A stretch of 64,000 bases of DNA, from the NCBI GenBank assembly GCA_965367215.1, contig CBDUIJ010000001.1, positions 1,901 to 65,900 on the forward strand, written 5' to 3'. Source of the DNA: an uncultured Granulosicoccus sp. (GTDB taxonomy: Bacteria; Pseudomonadota; Gammaproteobacteria; Granulosicoccales; Granulosicoccaceae). The translations under genes and the position numbers were made by a program. Under the pieces are notes generated by a model. The model searched no databases and was not told the origin of the DNA. It saw nothing but the letters and a program-made list of their open reading frames with translations. Shown here one piece after another: positions 9,207 through 18,948 of the stretch; position 1 is the stretch's first letter; each line of letters starts with the position of its first letter.

Positions 9207-11322
9207 GGTGGGGCAGGTGAACAGAGGACCTGATTCCAGGCCGGCAGTAGCGTTTTCCTCCGGTATTCGCGCCATCAGAAACATCGAACGATTTCTGGAG
9301 GTGGACTCGGTCATCAGCCCACAGCGTGCCTGGAAGAACAGGAACGCTGTTTCCAGTGTTGTCGTCTGGGGCCGCAAACAGAACTCGCAACGTGCACTAC
9401 AGTACGCCAGTTGCCATGGGCTGAACGTGCGCTACGTGGAAGATGGCTGGATCAGAACCAGTTCCAAAGATGCACATTCCCGGTGCTGTTATTCACTGCT
9501 CGTGGACGATACCGGTGTCTACTACGACAGCCGACAGCCCAGTGATATCGAAAACTATCTGAATCTGCCGGATGTCGATTTCGCCGTCAGCTGCGACAAC
9601 AAGGCACTTGAGTACGCTCGAGAGAATCGCGAGCGGATGGTCGAGCATGGAATAACCAAATACAATTTCTGTCCGAAACCTGCGCAGGTGCTGCTGGAGT
9701 CAGGCGCAAGGCCGCTGGTTCTCGTTATCGACCAGACAAGGGATGATGCCTCTGTTCGCTTCGGCGGGATGCAGGAAGGCGATTTTCCAGCGATGCTTGA
9801 TCGCGCCGTAGCAGAAAATCCGGGTGCTCGTATTGTGGTACGAACCCATCCCGATGTCGTTGCTGGCCGTAGAGAAGGCTATCTGAGCGAGTACGCCAGG
9901 CAGTTGGGTCTGGAGATCAGTGCCGCGGGTGACAACCCGATCTTCTGGTTGAAGAAGGCCGCCCGAGTCTATGTGGGGACATCACAGCTGGGTTTCGAGG
10001 CGCTGATGTGCGGATGCAAGGTCAGTGTTGCAGGTCTGCCGTTTTACGCCGGTTGGGGTTTGACGGAGGATTGCCAGACTCTGGCTCGACGAGTGAGAAC
10101 ACGTACACTGGATCAGGTTTTCCATGCAAGTCATGTCTATCTGGCCCGATATCTCGACCCGGTCAGTGGAGCTCGATGGCAGTTGCACGAGTGTATCGAG
10201 CATGTGCGAGTGCAGCTGGAGGCGTTTGAGCGCAATGCCCATGCCTTCGCCTGTGTCGGCATCACTCCCTGGAAGAAGGGGATTGTTGCGCAGTATCTGA
10301 GATCGCCCGATGGCAATGTCCGGTTCTGTCGCAAGGATGATGTCGGCATGGATGAGAGGGCTGTCTACTGGAGTTTTGCCGATTCCAGAGTGACCGGTTG
10401 CCCCAATGGCTCGGGCACCCCATCAGAGGGTGGCGAGCAGAAGGCAGTTTCCCGCCTTGAGGACGGTTTCATCCGGTCACGTGGACTGGGCTCGGACTTC
10501 GTCCTGCCGGCGTCACTGGTTGTCGACCATGGTGGCCTGTACTTTGATCCTTCGTCAGATAGTGATCTGCAAGAGCTGCTCAACAGCGTCGACTGCACGA
10601 CTGAGAATATCGAACGAGCCAGACGACTGAGACACTCACTTCTGGCAACTCGACTGACCAAATACAATGTGTCTTCAAGTGTGGAAGCTGTGACGCCGCT
10701 CGACACGCTGGACCATGGCGACAGATTGCATGTGTTGGTTGTAGGGCAAGTGGAAGACGATCAATCCATTCTGCGAGGTTGTGTCGACGTGTCCTCGAAT
10801 GGAGACTTGTGCAGCGCCGTTCGTTTGGCCAGGCCGGATGCCCATATCACCTACAAGCCTCATCCGGATGTCGAGTCCGGCAATCGCAAAGGGGCCGTGT
10901 CGGCCCGTATCATCGATGAGTGTGTTGACAGAGTGGAGCACCAGCGAAACTTCCTGGATTGTCTGGAGGAATGCGATGAGTTGCATACCATGACATCCCT
11001 GTCGGGTTTTGAAGCCTTGCTCCGCGGCAAGACTGTTCATACCTACGGCAAGCCTTTCTACGCCGGATGGGGGCTGACCCACGACCATGTCGAATTTCAA
11101 AAGCGCAGGAGAATCCGGACACTGGAGGAATTGATCTATCTGTGTCTGGTGATCTACCCACGCTACCTGGATGTTGCCAGCGGGGAGTTCATCACTGTCG
11201 AGCAACTGGTGTCTTCACTTGCCACAGGTGCCGAAAAAGAAGAATCAGCCCACAGCAACTCGATGAGCCTGTGGAAGAAACTCAACAACATCCGCAAAGC
11301 AGTCAATTACCGGCCAATCTGA
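9190..11322 (+). CDS. kpsC: Capsule beta-Kdo transferase KpsC (two tandem capsule-synthesis domains)
   Basis: 710 aa. The N-terminus aligns with E. coli KpsC from memory (SSGIRAIRNIERFLE, VVVWGRK, VRYVEDGWIRTS). The HPDV..G.R.G motif appears twice (THPDVVAGRREGY and PHPDVESGNRKGA), as does FYAGWGLT. The start is uncertain: TTG at 9190, or GTG at 9208 or 9217. Confidence 0.87.
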   Translation: MNERHEVGQVNRGPDSRPAVAFSSGIRAIRNIERFLEVDSVISPQRAWKNRNAVSSVVVWGRKQNSQRALQYASCHGLNVRYVEDGWIRTSSKDAHSRCCYSLLVDDTGVYYDSRQPSDIENYLNLPDVDFAVSCDNKALEYARENRERMVEHGITKYNFCPKPAQVLLESGARPLVLVIDQTRDDASVRFGGMQEGDFPAMLDRAVAENPGARIVVRTHPDVVAGRREGYLSEYARQLGLEISAAGDNPIFWLKKAARVYVGTSQLGFEALMCGCKVSVAGLPFYAGWGLTEDCQTLARRVRTRTLDQVFHASHVYLARYLDPVSGARWQLHECIEHVRVQLEAFERNAHAFACVGITPWKKGIVAQYLRSPDGNVRFCRKDDVGMDERAVYWSFADSRVTGCPNGSGTPSEGGEQKAVSRLEDGFIRSRGLGSDFVLPASLVVDHGGLYFDPSSDSDLQELLNSVDCTTENIERARRLRHSLLATRLTKYNVSSSVEAVTPLDTLDHGDRLHVLVVGQVEDDQSILRGCVDVSSNGDLCSAVRLARPDAHITYKPHPDVESGNRKGAVSARIIDECVDRVEHQRNFLDCLEECDELHTMTSLSGFEALLRGKTVHTYGKPFYAGWGLTHDHVEFQKRRRIRTLEELIYLCLVIYPRYLDVASGEFITVEQLVSSLATGAEKEESAHSNSMSLWKKLNNIRKAVNYRPI

Positions 11323-11525
11323 CAAAACTCATGACTGTGAGGCATGGATATTGTATCTCAAGAGATGGGGAGAACAGTCGATAACCCTCATAGATACGTG
11401 GGGTATCCAGCGATCTTGCGGTTGCTCGCCAGATCATTGATGACCCAACGTGATCTGTTCAAGAGACTGTAGCCACAGATCCAATGCTGCTTCACCGCCC
11501 GAAGATATGTTAGGGAAAATAAAAC

Positions 11526-12917
11526 ATGCACCAAAGCGCGTTTCTGTCTGCGGTACCACCCACGCATGATGGCAGGGAGTCTGTTGTCAGGCGGGATGGA
11601 CAGAATTCGCGAAACGTGTTGCTGTTGCAGGGGCCGGTGGGTCCATTCTTCTCGCGTTTCAGCGAAGACCTGGAAGAGCGCGGGTTCTCGGTCACCAAGA
11701 TAAATTTCAACGGAGGTGATCGCTTCTTCTATCGCCGTCCCGATGCTCTCGATTACACCGGAACACTGGACGACTGGGAAGCATGGCTTGAGCGTATGGT
11801 TGTCAATCGCGGGTTCTCTCGTTTCTACCTGTTTGGTGATTGCCGCGCTTATCATCGTATTGCCTGTGAAGTTGCTGCCAGGAACAATGTGCGAGTCTTC
11901 GTTTTCGAAGAGGGGTATATCCGCCCGAATTTCATTACGCTTGAAGAAGATGGCGTCAACGGTCGCTCCACCATGCTGTCCCAGCCTTGCGCTATACCCA
12001 GTGTGCCTGAAGAGCTGCCGCAGGAACATCAGCAACCAGTCAATGTGTTTCTGATAACTGCCTTGTACTCCATGATCTACTACTGGGCAAGTGCCGCTGG
12101 CAAACGCCATTTCGAGCACTATCGCCACCATCGTCCGTTTGACTGGTTTCCGGAAGGGGTCCGCTGGCTACGTTCATTCACGCGCAAATGGATCTACTCG
12201 CGACGTGAGAAACACGTGCTGGACACCTTGCTTCCGCAATTTGATGGAAATTACTTTGTCTGTCCCTTGCAGGTACATTGCGACATGCAAGTCGTTGTTC
12301 ATTCGGATTACAATTCCATTGAACATTTTGTCGGGGATGTACTGGCCTCATTTCGGCAACACGCCCCCAGTAGCAAGGCAATAGTATTCAAGCATCATCC
12401 CATGGACCGTGGGTATACGGACTATACAACGCTGTTTGCCAACCTCACGGCGGAGCTCGGGCTGCAGGGGAGAGTGTTCTATGTACACGATGTCTGCCTG
12501 CCGACATTGCTACAGCATGCACAAGGCACCGTGCTGATAAACAGCACCGTTGGACTTTCATCGCTGTTTCATGGCACACCCGTCAAGCCACTGGGCAAGA
12601 CGATCTACGATATACCCGGGTTGACTTCGCAGCTGGATCTTGATGATTTCTGGAATGTGGAACGGTTCGTGGACAAGGCCAACTTTCAGGCCTTCCGATC
12701 ATTTCTCATCATGAGAAATCAGCTGAACGGCAACCTCTACCGTCGTATAGGTGACCAGGGTGCCAGTGGCATAGTCTGGTCGAGTGATCTTGATAGCGAG
12801 CACCGCTGGAAGGAAGCCAAGGTCGAACCGGTCAGCAAGCCGCGACTCAGAGTGGTACGTGGCGAGCAAGCGTCGCGACCACGCAAGGGTGGTGACGGCA
12901 ACGCCGAAGCCGCTTGA
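11526..12917 (+). CDS. kpsS: Capsule beta-Kdo transferase KpsS
   Basis: 463 aa with an ATG at 11526. VLLLQGPVGPFFSRF, KINFNGGDRFFY, LFGDCRAYH and VFEEGYIRPNFITLEEDGVNG closely parallel the E. coli KpsS N-terminal half. Confidence 0.88.
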   Translation: MHQSAFLSAVPPTHDGRESVVRRDGQNSRNVLLLQGPVGPFFSRFSEDLEERGFSVTKINFNGGDRFFYRRPDALDYTGTLDDWEAWLERMVVNRGFSRFYLFGDCRAYHRIACEVAARNNVRVFVFEEGYIRPNFITLEEDGVNGRSTMLSQPCAIPSVPEELPQEHQQPVNVFLITALYSMIYYWASAAGKRHFEHYRHHRPFDWFPEGVRWLRSFTRKWIYSRREKHVLDTLLPQFDGNYFVCPLQVHCDMQVVVHSDYNSIEHFVGDVLASFRQHAPSSKAIVFKHHPMDRGYTDYTTLFANLTAELGLQGRVFYVHDVCLPTLLQHAQGTVLINSTVGLSSLFHGTPVKPLGKTIYDIPGLTSQLDLDDFWNVERFVDKANFQAFRSFLIMRNQLNGNLYRRIGDQGASGIVWSSDLDSEHRWKEAKVEPVSKPRLRVVRGEQASRPRKGGDGNAEAA

Positions 12918-13253
12918 GGCCCGAGTGTCGGTTCCGTTCTTGGCGCTTGTCGATACGATGAAACAGGGAGTTTGATGAGAGGTACGGTGACCGGTCTGTC
13001 GTGACGGTGTCGTGCGTTGGTCAGCCCCCTGATATCGCTCTCATTCTCTCGGTTGCTCATGGACACAGAGAGCCGAAAACATCGCCTTGGCCACAACCCG
13101 CGGGATCAATCCCTGTTGGATGTGCGGTAGGCCGTTGATGAGGGAAAGGGGCGGGTAGCACTGCTTGCTACAAGCCTTGTCTACTTCCCTGTTTCCGGTA
13201 AGCCCTGACACCAGGCGCCGCTGGTGTCCTCGTCTGGCTTGCCGTGCGTGAAG

Positions 13254-14546
13254 TCAGCCTTGGGTTACGGGTAGTATTCTCGCAGCCTCTGCAAGAGTAA
13301 TGATGCCTTCCTGAGCCAGTCTCAGCAGGTCTCTGGACATTCCCCGTTCATCGCGAAGGCGTTGCAGTGAGCGTCTGATATCGTTGTTGTAGAAGCTGTC
13401 TCTGATTTCATCGTCAAGAGTGACGATGGAGCACAGGTCCAGCGTCTTGCCCAGACCGGTATGGTTGCAACGCTCGCAACCATCGGCAGTACTGAAGGAA
13501 GAGCGCAAGCGGTGCTGTAACCAGACGTTGATATTGCCGGCGATGATGGGGCTGTGCTCGGACAACCAGGCTGTACCCTGGTCGTCCGGGGAATGCGGGT
13601 AGCGACAGTAGGGGCAGAGACACTGCAAGCGTCGTTGTACGAGAACCGCAGACAGTGAGCGGGCGATCGCTTCACTGCGTACGCCGGCTGCCAGCAGGTG
13701 GTCCACTGCCGCTGCGGCCGAATCGGCTCTCACGCCTTGCACGATCAGGGTCGAGCTACTGGCCTGTCTTGCCAGTAGTTGTGTCATGTCATCACTGTGC
13801 GTATTGCAGGCGACAATGGCATCGCAGCCAAGTTCGCACAGTGCAGGCCAGTTCTGAAGATTGTCAGGTGCGGCGACCGTGTCGATGGCCAGTTGTATGA
13901 CTCTGGGCATCGGTGGATGTCCGGGTGCCTCCGCGCAGATGATCTTGCGGTCAGGGGCGACCAGTTCCTGCGCCATGGCGCGTACGGTCTGTGCACGTGC
14001 CTGTGGATGCGAGCAAGCGACCAGCAGAAGGCCGGATTCCTGTTTCAGGAGTTCGCGTACCTGCGACTGCTGTTTTCTGCTCAATGGCAGTTCGTCGAGG
14101 CGAGGGGGAGGGGCTTTCAGATCATGCTGCAATGTGATCAGGTAGGTATCACCCCGGGAAGTCGGGACAGCATCCAGTTGTACGAGCCGTGGCCCTGTCT
14201 GCAGCGTGAAACCGAACCATGCCCGGCGCGCCTTCGTCTGTCGAGAGTCTCCCCAGAGATACGATTGCAGGAGTTCCATGCAATCGATGTGAGAGGCGGC
14301 ATTTTCAATGCGAACCTCGCTCAGACCAAACACTGTGCGCAGACGTAGTCTCAGGCAGTCGTTGTCGGGTTCGAGGTGTATTTCGTCTGCTTGCGCGAGG
14401 ATGGCTGAATCCAGCAGATCCACCAGTACCTTCCAGCGTGCTCGTTCGCTTGCGGGGCAAACGGACGAGACGCCGGTAAGGTCAACAGCATTGAGAGGAG
14501 CTGATGGATTCTGGAACGCCGGGCTGTTGATCAACGAAATAGTCAT
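13254..14546 (-). CDS. GspE/PilB-family secretion-ATPase-like protein with degenerate nucleotide-binding motifs
   Basis: 430 aa. The N2-like region (ADEIHLEPDNDCLRLRLR) and the C-terminal Cys cluster (CLCPYC ... CERCNHTGLGKT) are retained. At the Walker A position it reads LLLVACSHPQARAQTV rather than VTGPTGSGKTTT. The Walker B (CDAIVACN) and His-box (IVQGVRAD) positions are also altered. Confidence 0.6.
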   Translation of the reverse strand: MTISLINSPAFQNPSAPLNAVDLTGVSSVCPASERARWKVLVDLLDSAILAQADEIHLEPDNDCLRLRLRTVFGLSEVRIENAASHIDCMELLQSYLWGDSRQTKARRAWFGFTLQTGPRLVQLDAVPTSRGDTYLITLQHDLKAPPPRLDELPLSRKQQSQVRELLKQESGLLLVACSHPQARAQTVRAMAQELVAPDRKIICAEAPGHPPMPRVIQLAIDTVAAPDNLQNWPALCELGCDAIVACNTHSDDMTQLLARQASSSTLIVQGVRADSAAAAVDHLLAAGVRSEAIARSLSAVLVQRRLQCLCPYCRYPHSPDDQGTAWLSEHSPIIAGNINVWLQHRLRSSFSTADGCERCNHTGLGKTLDLCSIVTLDDEIRDSFYNNDIRRSLQRLRDERGMSRDLLRLAQEGIITLAEAARILPVTQG

Positions 14547-14664
14547 CGAAACTTCACTTGCAGAGTCAACACCTTATCGGCGATTGAACCTCAAAGCGTT
14601 AGAACAGCAGGTAATGTGAAGCCCGATCCATGAGACAGATGTCGCAATCTGTCTCATGGTGTGA

Positions 14665-15003
14665 TCAATTGATGGTGCACTCCAGTGATTCCCCGACGCG
14701 AAAACACCGTTTTCCCGGCGCGCAGGGTATGCCGGCAGGCAAGGCGGTGGATCCGGCCGGACAGACATTTCCTCGCTCTCCGGTACACCATTTGCCATTG
14801 TTCAGTTCATAACAGGCTGCATCGTCCTGCAGACACTGACTGCTACTGTCCACCTGAGTGTCGGTGCTCTTGCAGGCATTGGCATGGCCGCCGTTGCCTG
14901 AAGGTCGCGAGGACTTGTTAAGGCCGCCACCCGACGAAGCGCAAGCACTCAGCAGGACAGCAAGGGCAATGACAACCAGGCTGCGACAGGCTGTTGATCG
15001 CAT
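14665..15003 (-). CDS. Small Cys-rich lipoprotein
   Basis: Taking the start at M18 of the track ORF gives MRSTACRSLVVIALAVLLSAC with an L-S-A-C lipobox. The mature part has 8 further Cys. Its ATG shares one nucleotide with the fumA stop (TGATG at 15001-15005). Confidence 0.5.
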   Translation of the reverse strand: MRSTACRSLVVIALAVLLSACASSGGGLNKSSRPSGNGGHANACKSTDTQVDSSSQCLQDDAACYELNNGKWCTGERGNVCPAGSTALPAGIPCAPGKRCFRVGESLECTIN

Positions 15004-16535
15004 CACTTGAAATACACCGGTTTGACTTCGCCTCTGTCCAGCTTGCCTTTCCACAATGCAGGCCCGGTTATATGTACGGACTCGCCGGTGGTGTCGACAG
15101 CAACCGTTACCGGCATGTCTTCAACGACAAACTCATGAATGGCTTCCATGCCCAGCTCTTCGAAAGCCACGACTCTGGACTTGCGAATGGCCTTGGACAC
15201 CAGATAGGCAGCACCACCGACAGCCATCAGATAGACAGCCTTGTGCTTGCGAATGGCATTGATGCCGGCTTCGCCGCGTTCGGCCTTGCCGATCATGCCG
15301 AGCAGACCACACTGATCGAGCATCATCTCGGTGAATTTGTCCATGCGGGTCGAGGTAGTGGGGCCGGCGGGTCCGACGACCTCATCACGCACTGGGTCGA
15401 CCGGTCCGACGTAGTAGATGAAGCGCCCGTTGAAATCCACACCCTCGGGCAGTCCTTCGCCACTTTCCAGCAGGCTCTGGATACGCTTGTGCGCGGCATC
15501 GCGACCCGTCAGCATGGCGCCGCTGAGCAGCAGGGTCTCACCGGGTTTCCAGGTGGCGACCTCTGCGGGGGTGACGGTATCCAGGTTCACGCGTCTGGCA
15601 CCGGCTCCGGCATCATAGGTAATCGCCGGCCAGTCATTCAGTGAAGGCGGCGTCTGCAGGGCAGGGCCACTGCCGTCGAGCACGAAGTGTGCGTGTCGAG
15701 TGGCGGCACAGTTGGGAATCATGGCAACCGGCTTGGAGGCCGCATGAGTCGGAAAATCGAGAATCTTGACATCGACGACGGTGGTCAGACCACCCAGACC
15801 CTGGGCGCCGATACCCAGTGCATTGACGGCTTCGAAGATCTCCAGTCGCAGCTCCTCGATTCGGTTCTTCGGTCCGCGATCCTTCAGCGCCTGGATATCG
15901 ACGGGGGCCATCAAGGATTGCTTGGCCAGCACGGCAGCCTTTTCCGAGGTGCCGCCGATACCAATGCCAAGCATGCCTGGCGGGCACCAGCCAGCGCCCA
16001 TGGTCGGTACGGTCTTGACGACCCAGTCCACGATGCTGTCGCTGGGGTTGAGCATGACCAGTTTGGATTTGTTTTCCGAGCCACCGCCCTTGGCAGCAAT
16101 CTCGAATTCCACGGTGTCACCTTCCACGATTTCGGTATGGATGACTGCCGGTGTATTGTCGCCGGTGTTCTTGCGGGCGCCGGCCGGGTCGGCCAGGATG
16201 GATGCGCGCAGTTTGTTGTCCGGATGGTTGTAGGCACGCCGGACACCTTCATTGATCATGTCCGTGAGGCTCATCTTCGCATCCCACTGCACGTTCATGC
16301 CGACCTTGATGAAAACGGTCACGATGCCGGTATCCTGGCACAGGGGTCGCTTGCCTTCGGCGCACATGCGGGAGTTGACCAGGATTTGCGCCATGGCATC
16401 CTTGGCCGCCTTGGATTCTTCACGTAGCCATGCTTCGTGCACGGCATCGATGTAATCCTTGGGGTGGTAGTAAGACATGAACTGCAAAGCGTCGCAGACA
16501 CTGTCTATCAGGTCATCCTGGCGAATCACGCTCAT
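15003..16535 (-). CDS. fumA: Class I (Fe-S) fumarate hydratase
   Basis: About 510 aa from MSVIRQDDLIDS. It contains the CQDTGIV motif, and both the alpha and beta domains are present (GRFIYYVGPVDPV, GKAERG). The upstream in-frame extension to 16580 is probably not translated. Confidence 0.92.
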   Translation of the reverse strand: MSVIRQDDLIDSVCDALQFMSYYHPKDYIDAVHEAWLREESKAAKDAMAQILVNSRMCAEGKRPLCQDTGIVTVFIKVGMNVQWDAKMSLTDMINEGVRRAYNHPDNKLRASILADPAGARKNTGDNTPAVIHTEIVEGDTVEFEIAAKGGGSENKSKLVMLNPSDSIVDWVVKTVPTMGAGWCPPGMLGIGIGGTSEKAAVLAKQSLMAPVDIQALKDRGPKNRIEELRLEIFEAVNALGIGAQGLGGLTTVVDVKILDFPTHAASKPVAMIPNCAATRHAHFVLDGSGPALQTPPSLNDWPAITYDAGAGARRVNLDTVTPAEVATWKPGETLLLSGAMLTGRDAAHKRIQSLLESGEGLPEGVDFNGRFIYYVGPVDPVRDEVVGPAGPTTSTRMDKFTEMMLDQCGLLGMIGKAERGEAGINAIRKHKAVYLMAVGGAAYLVSKAIRKSRVVAFEELGMEAIHEFVVEDMPVTVAVDTTGESVHITGPALWKGKLDRGEVKPVYFK

Positions 16536-16659
16536 CGAAGGGACTCTTGGCTGGGGTGGAAGATAGGCGGCAATAGCCACTCATATATACTGATTATAGA
16601 GCCTGAATGCACAGAGGGGCTTGACGGGTGGCAATCAGTGAGGGCAATATCCGCTTGTG

Positions 16660-16719
16660 ATGAATGAATTCTCCCATAACAAGAGCTGCAGTACCCAGAG
16701 TTGGCGCTGGCGAAGCTGA
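16660..16719 (+). promoter_or_regulatory. Candidate trp leader peptide (MNEFSHNKSCSTQSWRWRS*)
   Basis: A 19-codon ORF lies 95 nt upstream of trpE. It ends in W-R-W-R-S-stop, resembling enterobacterial and Pseudomonas trp leader peptides. I found no convincing SD sequence, and no U-tailed terminator downstream. Confidence 0.4.
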
Positions 16720-16814
16720 TCGACCGCATTTGCCTGAATGCCTGTATTGGCACCGGAAAACCGGAACTGCCGATAGCCACACCAACTGATAGCCTTGTTT
16801 GAGAACCGACAGTC

Positions 16815-18335
16815 ATGAATCCCGCCGATTTTGAGCGTTACCGCGCCGAAGGTTTTACCCGTATCCCCCTGAGCTGTGAGCTCATCGCGGACCTGGACAA
16901 CCCTCTCTCTACCTTCATGAAGCTGGCCGACCAGCCCTATACCTTCCTGTTCGAGTCGGTGCAGGGGGGCGAGAAGTGGGGGCGTTACTCGATCATCGGG
17001 CTCCCGGCCAAGACGATCGTGCGCGTCCGGGGCAAGCAGATCACCATCGAGAATGAAGGGGTCGAATCGGCGCCGCAGGAAGTGGCGGAGCCGCTGGACT
17101 GGATAGAAGAGTACCAGTCACAATTTCGAGTACCCGATATCGCCGGATTACCGCGTATCACGGGCGGTCTCGTCGGCTATTTCGGCTACGACACCGTACG
17201 TTACATCGAGCCCCGTCTGGGTGAGAACCCGCATCCGGATCCCATCGGCAATCCCGATATCCTGCTCATGGTGACCGATGAGCTGGTGGTGTTCGACAAC
17301 CTCAGCGGCAAGCTGACCATCATCGTACTGGTCGATCCGGAGCGTGACGATGCCAGGCTTGCAGGCATCAGGCGAGTGGCCGAGCTGCATGACCAGATCC
17401 GCCAGCCTCTGCCAGTTCAGAAAAGCAGCCACACCATTTCCAGAGTGGCGGAAGCAGACTTCGAAAGTGGTTTCACCGAGTCAGGCTACAAGGCGGCCGT
17501 GGCAAAGATCATCGACTACATCACTCAAGGCGAGTGCATGCAGGTGGTCCTGTCGCAGCGTCTGTCCGTTCCATTCGCAGCGCCACCTCTGGACCTGTAT
17601 CGTTCCTTGCGCACGCTGAACCCGTCGCCGTACATGTTCTATCTGGATCTGGGTGACCATCATGTGGTGGGTGCCTCCCCGGAAATCCTGGTGAGGCTGG
17701 AAGATTCCGAAGTGACGGTGCGACCGCTGGCAGGAACACGGCCACGTGGAGCCGACGAGGCTCAGGATCAGGCCAATGAGGAATCCCTGCTGGCCGATCC
17801 CAAGGAGCTGGCCGAGCATCTGATGCTGATCGATCTGGGACGAAACGATATCGGGCGTATCGCCACGACGGGTACGGTGGAAGTGACCGACAAGTTCAGC
17901 ATCGAACGCTACTCCCATGTCATGCATATCGTGTCCAATGTCATTGGCAAGCTGAAGGACGACATGAGCCCCATGGATGTTCTGAAAGCCACTTTTCCGG
18001 CGGGAACGCTCTCAGGGGCCCCGAAGGTGCGGGCCATGGAAATCATCCAGGAGCTCGAACCTGTCAAGCGAGGCGTCTATTCCGGTGCGGTCGGCTATCT
18101 GTCCTGGAACGGCAATATGGATACGGCCATCGCCATTCGCACCGCGGTCATCAAGGATGGCACCCTGAATGTGCAGGCCGGTGCCGGAATCGTGTACGAC
18201 TCGGATCCCGAGAGCGAATGGCAGGAAACGCATTCCAAGGCGCGTGCCATTTTCAGAGCGGTCACCATGGCAGAGGCAGGGCTGGACTCACGTCCCGATC
18301 TGTTTGATGAACTGCCAGCCGGGGGTGATGAATGA
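16815..18335 (+). CDS. trpE: Anthranilate synthase component I
   Basis: 506 aa. Motifs seen: [29 protein letters not shown] and [12 protein letters not shown]. Confidence 0.95.
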   Translation: MNPADFERYRAEGFTRIPLSCELIADLDNPLSTFMKLADQPYTFLFESVQGGEKWGRYSIIGLPAKTIVRVRGKQITIENEGVESAPQEVAEPLDWIEEYQSQFRVPDIAGLPRITGGLVGYFGYDTVRYIEPRLGENPHPDPIGNPDILLMVTDELVVFDNLSGKLTIIVLVDPERDDARLAGIRRVAELHDQIRQPLPVQKSSHTISRVAEADFESGFTESGYKAAVAKIIDYITQGECMQVVLSQRLSVPFAAPPLDLYRSLRTLNPSPYMFYLDLGDHHVVGASPEILVRLEDSEVTVRPLAGTRPRGADEAQDQANEESLLADPKELAEHLMLIDLGRNDIGRIATTGTVEVTDKFSIERYSHVMHIVSNVIGKLKDDMSPMDVLKATFPAGTLSGAPKVRAMEIIQELEPVKRGVYSGAVGYLSWNGNMDTAIAIRTAVIKDGTLNVQAGAGIVYDSDPESEWQETHSKARAIFRAVTMAEAGLDSRPDLFDELPAGGDE

Positions 18336-18931
18336 GCATGCTGGCGGTAATCGACAACTACGACTCCTTCACCTGGAATCTGGTGCAGTACTCGGCCGAG
18401 CTCGGCTGTGAGGTTCGCGTATTTCGCAATGATGTCATCAGCTGCGATGAACTGGCCGAGATGCAGCCGACGGCCATCATGATCTCACCCGGCCCGGGTC
18501 GACCGGAGAGTGCGGGAATATCCCTGCCGGTACTGGATCGCTTTGCGGGGGAGATACCCATACTGGGGGTCTGTCTCGGACATCAGAGTATCGGTCAGCA
18601 TTTTGGTGGCTCGATCGTGCTGGCGAAGCAGATCATGCATGGCAAGCTGTCACCGGTTTATCACAACAATACCGGTGTGTTCGAAGGCCTGCCGAATCCG
18701 GTTACGGTCACTCGCTATCACTCTCTGGTCATCGATGCCGACACCTTGCCGAAAGAGCTGGAAGTGACGGCCTGGACACAGAATGCCGATGGCTCCCGTG
18801 AGGAAATCATGGGGGTACGTCATCGGGACTATCTTCTCGAGGGTGTGCAGTTTCACCCGGAGTCGATCAGTAGCGAACATGGCCACGATATGCTGGGCAG
18901 TTTCTTCAAACGAGCAGGTCTCCTGCCCTGA
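18332..18931 (+). CDS. trpG: Anthranilate synthase component II (glutamine amidotransferase)
   Basis: 199 aa. It has [10 protein letters not shown] (Cys nucleophile) and VQFHPES. It overlaps trpE by 4 nt (ATGA). Confidence 0.94.
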   Translation: MSMLAVIDNYDSFTWNLVQYSAELGCEVRVFRNDVISCDELAEMQPTAIMISPGPGRPESAGISLPVLDRFAGEIPILGVCLGHQSIGQHFGGSIVLAKQIMHGKLSPVYHNNTGVFEGLPNPVTVTRYHSLVIDADTLPKELEVTAWTQNADGSREEIMGVRHRDYLLEGVQFHPESISSEHGHDMLGSFFKRAGLLP

Positions 18932-18948
18932 ACACAGGTTGAGCGAAC

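Noticed and set aside
8193-9377. A 394-aa ORF antisense to the GT14 gene and longer than it.
   Set aside because: It shares the codon register of the plus-strand gene (8259-8193 = 66, divisible by 3). In that register, antisense stops arise only where the sense gene uses TTA, CTA or TCA codons, which are rare here. The sense product has clear GT14 motifs. The antisense product has none.
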